A stretch of DNA of 64,000 bases from Candidatus Marinacidobacterales bacterium (GTDB taxonomy: Bacteria > Acidobacteriota > Vicinamibacteria > Marinacidobacterales > DATDRI01), in the NCBI GenBank assembly GCA_965226495.1, contig OZ245365.1:4160001-4224000 (forward strand). The letters are read 5' to 3'. Position 1 is the first letter of the stretch; every line of letters starts with the position of its first letter. This document shows, piece after piece, positions 31,102 to 40,682 of this stretch. The position numbers and the translations under genes are program-made. Below the pieces are notes generated by a model that ran no database searches, was not told the origin of the DNA, and was given only the letters and a program-made list of their open reading frames with translations.

Positions 31102-31701
31102 TCAGTTTTTCGATGGTTCTCCGGCTGACATCACGCCGTCCCAGCGAGGCGCCTCGTCGAGACGAATCCCCAGCTGATCCAAAACTCGCATCACCGTCTG
31201 ATCGACGATCTCCGCGACGGTTTCTGGGCGATTGTAGAACGCTGGCACCGGCGGTGAGATGATGACTCCCATCCTCGCTAGCTTCAGCATGTTCTCGAGG
31301 TGCACCGCGTTGAGCGGTGCCTCGCGAACGACGAGCACGAGTTTCCGCTGTTCCTTCAAGGTCACATCCGCCGCCCGGTGAATGAGGTTGTCGCTCACGC
31401 CGTTAGCTATGGCGCCGAGCGTTCTAACGCTACACGGAACAACGACCATCCCCGACGTTTGAAACGAACCGCTCGAGATCCTGGCTCCCTGATCGTTCTG
31501 GGCGCAGGTGTAGCTGGCTATCTTCTGCACCTGCTCGACGCTGTACGACGTCTCGTGGATGAGGGTTCGCGCACCCCACTTGCTGATGATCAGGTGCGTC
31601 TCGACATCCGCTTGGCGGAGCATCTCGAGAGCCCGAACACCGTAGATCGTCCCGGTGGCGCCCGTGATGGCGACAACGATTCGCCGAGTCGACTCACTCA
31701 T
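31102..31701 (-). CDS. ubiX: Flavin prenyltransferase UbiX
   Basis: ITGATG, ISSGSF, PCSVRTL, RAADVTLKE, REAPL, PAFY. Confidence 0.95.
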   Translation of the reverse strand: MSESTRRIVVAITGATGTIYGVRALEMLRQADVETHLIISKWGARTLIHETSYSVEQVQKIASYTCAQNDQGARISSGSFQTSGMVVVPCSVRTLGAIANGVSDNLIHRAADVTLKEQRKLVLVVREAPLNAVHLENMLKLARMGVIISPPVPAFYNRPETVAEIVDQTVMRVLDQLGIRLDEAPRWDGVMSAGEPSKN

Positions 31702-31767
31702 AGGACAACAAGTTACCTCAGGTCCATGAGAGAACGCGAACCCGGCGACATTCACCGCGGCGCGCGG

Positions 31768-32103
31768 TTACTTTGTAAGATCGAAGCTCTTGGCGCCCCC
31801 GGCAGCGCGAGCGATGGCCTTGATGCCGTTGTTGCGGGCGGCCTCGGTCGGATAAACCTGGCTCGTCCCGATGACCTGATGGTTCCGGGCCTTCATAACA
31901 AAGCGGTGCTTGCCCGAAGCAGCCGGCTTCGCCTCGAAGCATTTCGCGCTTCGGCAGTTCTTCTTCACGGAAGCGGCGCCATTGTTTGCGCCGGCTTTTG
32001 ATCGGTAGCCCTCGCTGGCGAGAACGATCTCGCCATTGCTTGCTCTCAGGCGAAAGCGGAACTCCCCACGTTTGTCTTTGAAGATTTCGAATTTTCCAGC
32101 CAT
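31768..32103 (-). CDS. YegP/DUF1508 family protein
   Basis: FRFRLRASNGEIVLASEGY; two repeats. Confidence 0.9.
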   Translation of the reverse strand: MAGKFEIFKDKRGEFRFRLRASNGEIVLASEGYRSKAGANNGAASVKKNCRSAKCFEAKPAASGKHRFVMKARNHQVIGTSQVYPTEAARNNGIKAIARAAGGAKSFDLTK

Positions 32104-32260
32104 GTCGGCATCCCCTCCTCGGTTAAGTTGCCAAACTAACGGCGAGAAGTATACACCGAATAGTGACCAGGGTATTGCCGGCTAGCGGCGTGAAGGATGT
32201 TCAACTGTGCGTACGTGTGAGACAGCGAAATATGTGCTCATCATTGCGGTGCCGGTGCTG

Positions 32261-33097
32261 TTATTCGGGCCGCGTCCTTACTGGCGCTTGTTCGGTGTCC
32301 GGAAGGAACGGATCGGCGAGCACCCAATGAAGCGATAGGTACTTCGGGTCTCTCCGCTCGGGCACTCCAAGGATCATTGCTTCATGGCCTCCCGCTGGCT
32401 GGTCCAGATAAGTTCCGAAGAAGTAGTCCCAGCAGGGCAGCAAGACTCCGAAGTTCCTGTTCGACTCGCGCGGAAGAATCGAATGGTGCACACGATGCAT
32501 TTCGGGTGTCACCATGACGAGTCGAAGGACACGGTCAATTCCTAGCGGATAGCGCACGTTGCTATGCACCACAAAGGCCGACACTACGACCAGTGTCTCA
32601 TAGACGAAAACAGCGAGCACCGGAGCACCGATGGCCACAATCACCACGAAATCCGTTGCAAAAATCAGGAGGGCTTCGAAAGGGTGAAATCGGATGCCGG
32701 TCGAGAAATCGCCGTCTAGATCGGCGTGATGCGTTCGGTGAATGCGCCACAGGGCCGGGATGTCGTGAAGCAGAACATGCCGACCGAACCCAGCGAGGTC
32801 GAAGAACAGAAGCGAGCACGTGAACGCGAGCCAATAAGGCGCCGGAAGCCCGTTGAAGAGCCCCCATCCCCGCTCGGAGGCGACCACCGCAGCGGTGATG
32901 CCAGCGATGGGTGAGACCCAACGCAGCAGCGCCGAGTCGATCAGGGCCAGTGAGATGTTGGTGCCCCAGCGCTTGCCAAGGGGGGCGGTCGAGGAACGCC
33001 GTGGGGCCATTCCCTCCCAGACCGCCATGAAGAAAACCGCACCAAAATACGCGCCGGCATAGATGACTCCTCCACGACTAAGGAGAAAATCAGCCAC
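32261..33097 (-). CDS. Sterol desaturase/fatty acid hydroxylase family protein
   Basis: His boxes HVLLH, HRTHH, HSN, HRVHH. Confidence 0.9.
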   Translation of the reverse strand: MADFLLSRGGVIYAGAYFGAVFFMAVWEGMAPRRSSTAPLGKRWGTNISLALIDSALLRWVSPIAGITAAVVASERGWGLFNGLPAPYWLAFTCSLLFFDLAGFGRHVLLHDIPALWRIHRTHHADLDGDFSTGIRFHPFEALLIFATDFVVIVAIGAPVLAVFVYETLVVVSAFVVHSNVRYPLGIDRVLRLVMVTPEMHRVHHSILPRESNRNFGVLLPCWDYFFGTYLDQPAGGHEAMILGVPERRDPKYLSLHWVLADPFLPDTEQAPVRTRPE

Positions 33098-33167
33098 CGG
33101 TAGATCTCAAACAGTGTGCCTCTCGACCCGAAATCAATTCCAGGTCAGGGTGAGAGGGCTGACCCGG

Positions 33168-33350
33168 CTACTTGCGTCGCCAAAGCCTGGCGGCGAGTGC
33201 AGCGGCGGCAAGACCACCGGCGAGCAGCGCCGTCGAGCTAGGCTCCGGCACCGGTTTTGTGAGACTGGCCCATGCCGGGTTTGCCAGAAAACCGAGCGCC
33301 ACCAATGCTCCGACGCCCGTCCATCCGATTCGCAGGAACTTCTCATACAT
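33168..33350 (-). CDS. Minimal PEP-CTERM peptide (60 aa)
   Basis: Signal peptide ending AWA, then SLTKP, VPEPSS, TM helix and RRK tail. Confidence 0.8.
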   Translation of the reverse strand: MYEKFLRIGWTGVGALVALGFLANPAWASLTKPVPEPSSTALLAGGLAAAALAARLWRRK

Positions 33351-33380
33351 GATGTTGGGTCCCCCTTTGGTGACGAATTA

Positions 33381-33397
33381 AGCAATCGGTGGGCCAA
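33381..33397 (-). promoter_or_regulatory. Sigma54 promoter
   Basis: TTGGCCCACCGATTGCT, exact GG-N10-GC spacing, about 30 nt upstream of the PEP-CTERM gene. Confidence 0.75.
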
Positions 33398-33460
33398 TAT
33401 GCTAACGCGCGTCGACTCAATCTGTTACGCGCGGCACGCTCCACGCTCGACCTCGGCGAT

Positions 33461-33600
33461 TGTAAGAGATGCCGACGTTTCCGCGCCCAGGTCGGTGACG
33501 GTCACGTCACGTAGAGTACAGATAGCCAGGAAAATAGCGGCCATTTGTTGCCCATGCGAAAGAGTGACCCCGAAATCGAAATATGTAAGAGAAAGCGACG
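33461..33600. promoter_or_regulatory. Two candidate enhancer (PrsR-type) sites
   Basis: TGTAAGAGATGCCGACG (33461-33477) and TGTAAGAGAAAGCGACG (33584-33600). Confidence 0.6.
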
Positions 33601-33739
33601 CCGCGGTGGGACCAAGTTGGAGCCAGATGCACATTCCAGAGGGTCGTGGAGGGTCGAGGTCTCAGTCCGAAGGCGGTGAATGCGGGCTCTCCGATGGGAC
33701 CGAGTAGGTGTCGGTGAGCATGTTCATCATGACACTAGC

Positions 33740-34330
33740 GATCAAGTACGACGTCCTGCCGCTGGATGACCGTACGTTCGAACGTTTCAACGCGGCGATT
33801 GCCGGCAGGCCAGACCTGATGGGCGACCGCACGTCACTTACGGTGTATCCCGGCATGACCCACATGACGGAGAACACGTTCATCAATGTGAAGAATCGCT
33901 CACAAACGATCACCGCAGAGGTGGGAGATCCCGAGAGGTGGTGGAGAAGGCGTGATTTTGGCTCAGGGAGGGCGCTTCGCCGGCTGGAGTCTTTATATGA
34001 AGGACGGCAAGGTTTCCTACGTACATAACTGGGTCGGCAAGGAGCGTTACACCATCACCGCACCGGAGCCGCTGGCTCCCGGTAGGCGACAATCCGCTAC
34101 GAGTTCGCCGACGAGGGCGACCAACCCGGTTCGGGCGGTATGGGAACGATCTCCGTGAATGGGCAGAAGGTGGCCAAAGGTCGAATCGGCAATACCACGC
34201 CATTCGTCTTCTCTGCTGACGAGCCCGCCGACGTGGGCATGGACGAGGCCACTCCTGTGACCGAAGACTATGCCGGGGTGACAACGAGTTCACCGGAGAG
34301 ATCGAGAAGGTGACGGTGCAGCTGCAATAG
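33740..34330 (+). pseudogene. Arylsulfatase C-terminal fragment, frameshifted
   Basis: KYDVLPLDDR..GRPDL..NVKNRS..ITAEV, then QGGRFAGWSLY in another frame. Confidence 0.8.
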
Positions 34331-34350
34331 GTGCGTGAGCGCGTCCGCTG

Positions 34351-34434
34351 TTCTACATGGAGCCGGCCCGCCTTCGCCCTACGGGCTACGGCGCGGCAGG
34401 CCGAGAGGACTTGAATCCACCTGCTGATTACGAA
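34351..34434 (-). mobile_element. Degenerate att site (tRNA-Thr 3' half) with ~35-bp hairpin insertion
   Basis: TTCTACATGGAGCCGGC[insert]GAGAGGACTTGAA..ACCTGCTGATTACGAA matches 40601-40652. Confidence 0.85.
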
Positions 34435-34836
34435 GAAGCAAAGAAGGGTCCCAAAGACCGCGAAAGGGCATCATCCCTTTCCCTAAAGGAGGATCGGCTG
34501 ACCGGGTGTCCCTTCGTGTTCCCTCGTGACCGTGCCCAAGTGCCACAGAGGTGCCACAACCACCTGGTGCCAGACTCCTAGTAATGTGAGCGGGGACGCG
34601 AGTCGAGCAGCCCGACGCAAGGATTTTCAGGGCTCGCGGATACGGTCTCTACTGGTCGTTCTGTCGACTTTGGTTTGTTTCCTCGCTTTTACGAGAGGGC
34701 GGGAAGGCAGAAACAACCCGATCCGACCACATCCCGCCCGCAAGACGGGCAAAGTGAGGGGCGACGGGTCATGAGGATGATCGTTGAGCAGCAAACTTGG
34801 TACATCCGAACGAACCAAGTTAGTCGGCATTGAGTT

Positions 34837-35696
34837 TCAAAAAAATGTTTTCAGTGTTTCAAAAGCATGGCTGAGGGTGCCTTCAATACCACATTCCTCA
34901 GCGAGTTTGCCATATGGCCCCTCCCATTCCGCAGGAGGAGGTGATAGCTCCGATGGTAATTCGTGAGTGCCTCTGCACTCAAACGTGGCTCGAATTGCGG
35001 TGTGGACCTGATCGTGAACCATGCCGTCCTCGATGAGGAGAAGCATATCCACGAGATCCTTCACCCGCGAATTCTGGCGGTCGCCGTCCCTCGGTAGGCT
35101 ATAAGCATGCAGCTTTTCGGCAAACTGCTGCTCCTTGGAGATCGCAGGAAACGCGCCTGGCTCGATCCCAGCAAAACCGAGCCAATCCCTAGGCGTAAGC
35201 TCCTCGATCGGCTCTGTCCAAACATCTCCGAGTCCGATATCTAGGTGGAACTTCGCGAATGTCCTTCCATCCATCTTCGCCTCGATCGGAAAGCGAGCCC
35301 GCCTTCCGGTGGGGCATCAAAATCCATTTGAGCAGCACCTATCGTAAAATCAAAGAAGTCCAGCACGGACGGTTGCGACACACATTCCTGGATCGTCTCT
35401 TGAAGTGCGAGATTCCTGTCACCAACGCCGAGTGAGTAGAGCTTTTCGTCTCTCATCGCGAGGTCGATATCCTTCGTTGCTCTTGCTGACTGGATTCTCA
35501 GTTCCATCGCATATCCGCCTTTGAGAACCCATGGAACATCACCTTTCGAAAACAGTCTGGTCAGGAGTCGATCAAAAGAGACCTGCTTTCTCAACCTCTG
35601 AAGATCCTCACCCTTTTCAGTAGAAATTCGCTTGAGTCGATCTTCTAAGGCCGTCCTAAGGGCCGCTGCCGACTTGTAAGTCTTGGGCTTCTTCAT
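34837..35696 (-). pseudogene. abiEii: AbiEii nucleotidyltransferase toxin, frameshifted
   Basis: WVLKGGYAM..RATKDIDL in ORF 35241-35696; AEKLHAY..SRVKDLVD in ORF 34837-35274; shift near 35300. Confidence 0.85.
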
Positions 35697-36316
35697 GCTC
35701 GAACTCTACCCAGTTCCTGTTTGAGCCACTCGATGAACGTATTTTTCATCCCTTCGGGGAGCTTGTTCGATTTCGTATCTCTAATCGGAATGAGTCCACG
35801 TTCGACCGCCTGGAAAAAGGCTTGGCGAATGAGATCCTTCGCGAGCCCGTCCTCGGTCAGCAGATCTACGATCGTTCGAAGCGGTTTCGTCACTCGGTAC
35901 CCCCTCATTTGTTCGATGTCAGAGTCCTTGAGTTCATCATAGTGGAGAACGAGCGCCCTCGGCGTTTTGGCGTTCCTCCTAAAGTGCTTCGGTACGGTCA
36001 TATGAAGCCTCGCAGGCATCACATCAGAAAGGTCGTGAATGCTAAGAGCCGTTTCGTGGGAATAGACCCCTTCCGGCTTGTCCTCACGGTTCCTGGTCCA
36101 CAGCGAGAGTGCGATGAGCTGGCTGTCGTCGGTTCTTGGAAATGTGCTCAGGCGATAGACCCCTCGCCCCTCTCGGATCCAATTCCCAGCTCTGACGTGG
36201 TAGCCGTGGTTTTTATTAAGAAAACCCGCCTTCTCGGCCTGTTTGGCCGTAAAGAACCCTTGCTGGCTCTCAGCGAGTTCAAAGAGATCCGTTCGTTTTC
36301 GGACTTCTCGTTTCAT
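35693..36316 (-). CDS. abiEi: AbiEi type IV antitoxin
   Basis: AESQQGFFT..A..AG, RGVYRL, SHETALSIH, VTKPLRTIVD; ATGA overlap with toxin. Confidence 0.88.
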   Translation of the reverse strand: MKREVRKRTDLFELAESQQGFFTAKQAEKAGFLNKNHGYHVRAGNWIREGRGVYRLSTFPRTDDSQLIALSLWTRNREDKPEGVYSHETALSIHDLSDVMPARLHMTVPKHFRRNAKTPRALVLHYDELKDSDIEQMRGYRVTKPLRTIVDLLTEDGLAKDLIRQAFFQAVERGLIPIRDTKSNKLPEGMKNTFIEWLKQELGRVRA

Positions 36317-36334
36317 CCCTTCACTCCTGCATAC

Positions 36335-36355
36335 TATACTTAATTATTAAGTATA
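36335..36355. promoter_or_regulatory. Inverted repeat, candidate AbiEi operator
   Basis: TATACTTAAT-T-ATTAAGTATA about 20 nt upstream of abiEi. Confidence 0.65.
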
Positions 36356-36615
36356 ACGTGAAAACACATACAATACTTAAAAATTACGTATTTCGTGAAT
36401 TCCAGGAAACCAAAAAGGGTCTTCAGCAGAATATGTGGGCAGAAACCGGCTGCCATCGCCCGTCCCCCGTGTCAGGATAGTTGTCGCATGCAAGATGCGG
36501 GGCGGCAAGCGATGAGACCCGAACCTCCAACAAGCTAGTTTGCCGAGCCGTCGCAGCCGCACCGTGTTCTGCAGCCAGCGAGATAGACACCTGCTCCGCG
36601 AGGTGAACTCGTGAT

Positions 36616-37215
36616 CTACCCACGTCCTCCCGCGACAACCTTCGCGAGCCAAACCTTCAACTCGGGGTATAGATCAAGGTCGAGGACGAATTCCTGCCCA
36701 CGCCCGACAGTGAGGAGGCGAGCGTTCTGGCCGCTTTGGGACCAGCGATCTGGCGACGTATAATAGCTCAATGGTGTTCTTCCCTTCGGAAAGAACCCAC
36801 CTGGCAAGGACCACTCGGAAGGTTTCTTAGCATCGCGGGCAGTGAGCCGCCAAGCATCGTCGACGTACTCGAACACACCGGAGCCCGGAATCGCCGCCAG
36901 CCCCTCCCCGGGCAACGAGAGCCGCTTGGCCGCAACGTAGAAGGTATTCGTCGGATCCTTTGGAAAGGCGAAGTGCGGATGCACTTCTGCCCATCGCCAC
37001 TTCTCGCCTCCATTGCGAACGGCCTTGTCCACTGAAACCATCTCTCCGACCCGGAGCCAGCCTCAGATGTAATGTACTGGGCGTTGTAACAACTTCAGCT
37101 CGCTGTCGACTGCCCGAAACGAGCCCCAGAAGAGGAACAAGTCGTCAACCGGAACCCCTTGGTTTCGGAGGTGACCTTGGGCGTTTCCGTGCTGACCGAG
37201 AGTGGGACCGACGAG
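36616..37215 (-). pseudogene. Nucleotide-modification-associated domain 3 (Nmad3)-like gene, 5'-truncated, in-frame TGA
   Basis: GQHGNAQGHLRNQGV..DLFLFWG.FR, HYI*GWL, HPH, GRGQEFVLD. Confidence 0.6.
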
Positions 37216-37380
37216 CTGCCGAAAGATCGAACTCCTTACGATCTTCGTCACACGTTTGTCACGCACAGTCTCCAAGTTGAACGCCAGGAGATCGGATTCG
37301 TAAGCAAGCAGCTCGGGCACGACAAGGTCACGACGACGTGGGACTACTATTACCACTGGCTCCCGGAGAACATGATGACG
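37216..37380 (+). pseudogene. Tyrosine integrase C-terminal remnant
   Basis: YDLRHTF..VSKQLGH..TT..YYYHW catalytic boxes adjacent to an att site. Confidence 0.8.
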
Positions 37381-37491
37381 AATCGCGATGCTGATAAGTG
37401 GCACCGAACGACCTCAGGTGCCACAACCGGGTCATCTGGCGAGACGGATGAAGAAGCGGATTCGGAAACCCCTATGCCTCAAGGGGAAGAA

Positions 37492-37537
37492 TGGAGCCGG
37501 CGAGAGGATTTGAACCTCCGACCTGCTGATTACGAAT
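37492..37537 (-). mobile_element. att site: copy of the tRNA-Thr 3' 46 nt
   Basis: TGGAGCCGGCGAGAGGATTTGAACCTCCGACCTGCTGATTACGAAT, one mismatch to 40608-40653. Confidence 0.92.
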
Positions 37538-37898
37538 TGTGTTCAGAGCCAACTGAGGGCACCCAAGAAGACCCACCGACAACTGAAATCAAAGACTTAG
37601 ACAACAAGTAGGTGCCCGTGGATCCCCTTGGTTCGGGGTGTTCTGGTAGCAAAGTGGTAGCAAGATGGACAAGGATAAACTTGAGTTTTCCACCTAACAG
37701 ATTCCGCCTAGCAAGTCTGATCAGAATCCCTCTCAGAGGATCTGGGATCCCGTCTAAGGATCTCCCAAGCCCCGACCCGATCCAGACCATTCCCCCGGCC
37801 CGGGAAGCCCGCTACAGGATCGCTGAGCGCCTTTCCTGGTCCCCCCATTGACTTTCCGCCTGTGCAAGGATATCTTCACACGAATTGAAGGGCCGGCC

Positions 37899-38220
37899 AT
37901 GCCACTCAACCCCGGAAGTAAACTGGGTTCCTACGAGATCCTTGCCGCTATTGGTGCAGGCGGGATGGGCGAGGTCTACCGCGCCAAGGACAGCAAGCTC
38001 GGTTCGGGAAGTCGCTATCAAAGTCCTTCCCGAAGAGTTCACGCAACATCCGCAAAAGCTGGCTAGGTTTGAGCGCGAAGCAAGATTGCTAGCCGGGCTG
38101 AACCATCCCGGAATTGCCACGCTCTATGAAGTCGAAGAAGCCGAAGGCAAGCCCTTCTTGGTCATGGAGCTTGTCGAGGGCGAAACGCTCTCCGAGCGGA
38201 TTGCCCGCGGGCTTGTAAGA
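37899..38220 (+). pseudogene. Ser/Thr kinase N-terminal fragment
   Basis: MPLNPGSKLGSYEI..GAGGMGEVY, frameshift, REVAIKVL..LVMELVEGETL, then stop. Confidence 0.88.
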
Positions 38221-38369
38221 ACTGCGCGATGATCTTCCGCTCAAGGGAGGAGGACATCGAGGCGGGCTACAAGCGTTACTGGGCGGCTCCAATTGACATG
38301 AGCGTTCAATCCCAACTAGATTCTTCAGTGATTGTAGGCAGCTCACTGTGACAGCAAAGGAGGGAATCG

Positions 38370-38879
38370 ATGACGAGCTTCACGGATCGGATGCTCGGCG
38401 CTGCAAAGCTGGACGTTGACACCTACGAGGAAGTGGAACACGACCAGGCGGCTACGGGGCAGGCCATGGGGGTGGTCATCATCTCCAGTCTTGCAGCGGG
38501 AATCGGCTCGGTCGGGGGCGGTGCGTCTGGGCTGATTGCAGGGACGATCGGCGCACTAGTGGGCTGGTTCATCTGGGCGGCGCTGACTTTCTTAATCGGC
38601 ACGAAGATCCTGCCGGAACCGCAAACCAAGGCAGATCTGGGCGAGCTGCTTCGGACCATTGGCTTTTCGGCGTCTCCGGGCGTCCTCCGGATATTCGGGA
38701 TGATTCCCTTGCTGGGCGGTCTGATCGCGCTCGCGGCGAGCGTCTGGATGCTGGTCGCCATGATCGTCGCGGTCCGACAGGCGCTGGACTACACCAGCAC
38801 CCGGCGGGCTGTGGGCGTCTGTGTCATAGGTTGGCTAGTGCAAGTCGCTATTTTTTTCACTTTGCGCCTGTTTGTGTGA
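38370..38879 (+). CDS. Yip1-family membrane protein
   Basis: TYEEVEHD..ATGQA, LLRTIGFS.SPG, AVRQALD; GGAGG RBS. Confidence 0.78.
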   Translation: MTSFTDRMLGAAKLDVDTYEEVEHDQAATGQAMGVVIISSLAAGIGSVGGGASGLIAGTIGALVGWFIWAALTFLIGTKILPEPQTKADLGELLRTIGFSASPGVLRIFGMIPLLGGLIALAASVWMLVAMIVAVRQALDYTSTRRAVGVCVIGWLVQVAIFFTLRLFV

Positions 38880-38999
38880 GCCGCTACCGCCGGCCTTCTT
38901 GGTGGGCGGAAAGGTGGGAGGGCGTGACCCCGTCTCAACGCGAGGAAATCCCTTTGACTTTTCAGTCTGTGCAGATACTTTCACGCTCAAAGGGCCGCC

Positions 39000-39207
39000 A
39001 TGTCACTCTCTCCCAGCACCAAGTTGGGTCCCTATGAAATCCTCGCACCACTCGGTGCAGGTGGCATGGGTGAGGTTTATAAAGCCAAAGACACGCGGCT
39101 CGACCGAACGGTCGCCATCAAAGTCCTCCCGTCTCACGTAGCCAGCAATCCCGAAGTCCGCCAGAGATTCGAGCGTGAAGCCCGCGCTGTCTCCAGCTTG
39201 AACCACC
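39000..39207 (+). pseudogene. Ser/Thr kinase 5' fragment truncated by IS
   Basis: LGPYEI..GAGGMGEVY..RFEREARAVSSLNH ends at the IS left end. Confidence 0.88.
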
Positions 39208-40542
39208 TGTGCATCGTCAAAACTGGTCCGCCCATGAAATCAAGGACTTGCGCTTTGCTTGAGTTCCGGGCCGAAGGCGGCGAAACTGCGCCGCTATGCT
39301 CCGCGTACTCACCTTCCTCGTCTCTCTCGGCGTCCGCGCCATCCGGGCGATGTGTCGGCGCCGAGCCGACCTCGTGATCGAGAACCTCGCTCTGCGACAG
39401 CAGGTGACAGCGCTGAAGAAGGAGCGCCCGCGGTCGACGCTCGACGACACGGATCGGGCTTTCTGGGTCGCCCTTCGCCGCTCGTGGCCCGTGTGGGCGA
39501 GCCGCCTGGTCATCGTCCACGCCGACACGGTGGCCCGGTGGAATCGGGATCGATTCCGCCGATACTGGGCGAAGATCTCACGGAGGCGCTTTCCGAGCCG
39601 ACCTCGCATCGAGGCGGACATTCGCCGGCTCATCCGGCTAATGGCACAGGACGGCTGGGGTGCGCCGCGCATCCACGCCGAGCTCACCAAGCTCGGTTTC
39701 ATCATCTCCGAGATCACGGTGTCCCGATGCATGCCGCGCCGTCCAGTCGAGCCCGACCAGGTCAAGCGATGGGTTGCGTTCCTGCGTAACCACAGGCACG
39801 AGATCCCGGCGATGGACCTGTTCACGGTACCGACGGCGTCGCTGAGGTTGTTGTACGGCTTCTTCATCATCGAGCTCGGCCGTCGACATATCGTCCATTT
39901 CAACGCCACGTTCCATCCGACGTCCGCTTGGGTGATTCAGCAATTGCGTGAAGCGTTTCCCTACGACACCGCGCCGCGATATCTCATCTTCGACCGCGAC
40001 TCTATATTCAGCCCTGCTGTCGTCCAGTTCGTCAGGGCGCTCGGCTGCATTCCCATGCGTACCTCGTATCGGAGCCCGTGGCAAAACGGAACCGCCGAGC
40101 GCTGGATCGGGAACTGTCGTCGCGAACTCCTCGAGCATGTCGTCATCTTTGGCGAGCGGCATCTCGTCCGACTCGTGCGTTCGTACATCTCTTACTATCA
40201 CGAAGACCGCGGTCACTTGGGACTCGACAAAGACACGCCAGACAAGAGATCAGTTACCCCAAGAACGTCATCCGCAGCGAAGATCGTCGCGCTGCCGCGA
40301 GTCGGCGGCCTTCATCATCGCTATGAATGGCGGGAAGCTGCCTAGCACCGTTTCCGCTTGTGCCGGTGGCCAGCGTCGCTTGGCTTCTCCGACTCGTGAA
40401 TCCGCGCTCCCGGCGGTGTCTTGCAGCCATCGATCCTTCTTTCGTGGCCGCTTGTCGTTTCGCGTAGCTTCTGAATTCCGCTCCAAATTGCCGGAACCCG
40501 CATAGCTTACTTCCTGGCCGGATCAATAATGACGAGGCACAG
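39207..40542 (+). mobile_element. Insertion sequence with integrase-core (DDE) transposase
   Basis: Terminal IRs CTGTGCATCGTCA / TGACGAGGCACAG (12/13); CCAC on both flanks. Confidence 0.85.
39296..40345 (+). CDS. Integrase-core-domain transposase (IS481/IS3-like)
   Basis: WGAPRIHAEL, MDLF, DRD, PWQNGTAERW..RRE, GGLHHRY. Confidence 0.9.
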   Translation: MLRVLTFLVSLGVRAIRAMCRRRADLVIENLALRQQVTALKKERPRSTLDDTDRAFWVALRRSWPVWASRLVIVHADTVARWNRDRFRRYWAKISRRRFPSRPRIEADIRRLIRLMAQDGWGAPRIHAELTKLGFIISEITVSRCMPRRPVEPDQVKRWVAFLRNHRHEIPAMDLFTVPTASLRLLYGFFIIELGRRHIVHFNATFHPTSAWVIQQLREAFPYDTAPRYLIFDRDSIFSPAVVQFVRALGCIPMRTSYRSPWQNGTAERWIGNCRRELLEHVVIFGERHLVRLVRSYISYYHEDRGHLGLDKDTPDKRSVTPRTSSAAKIVALPRVGGLHHRYEWREAA

Positions 40543-40607
40543 CCACCGTTGGTGCCACTGAATCGAGATCGGACAACGAACACTCTTCGGAAGTTATTGA
40601 TTCTACA

Positions 40608-40682
40608 TGGAGCCGGCGAGAGGACTTGAACCTCCGACCTGCTGATTACGAATCAGCTGCTCTACCACTGAGCTACACCGGC
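40608..40682 (-). tRNA. tRNA-Thr(CGT)
   Basis: GCCGGTGTAGCTCAGTGGTAGAGCAGCTGATTCGTAATCAGCAGGTCGGAGGTTCAAGTCCTCTCGCCGGCTCCA cloverleaf with CCA. Confidence 0.97.

Noticed and set aside
34351-34434. Intron-containing or split tRNA
   Set aside because: 5' half missing and T-arm damaged; explained as an att remnant
37063-37065. TGA as Trp or Sec recoding
   Set aside because: TGA ends many intact genes here and the gene is also 5'-truncated, so decay is simpler
38225-38295. Possible DUF433 antitoxin fragment (REEDIEA)
   Set aside because: Too short and frame-broken to support
37845-39207. Integron cassette array
   Set aside because: No attC-like structures recognised and the integrase relic is tRNA-associated
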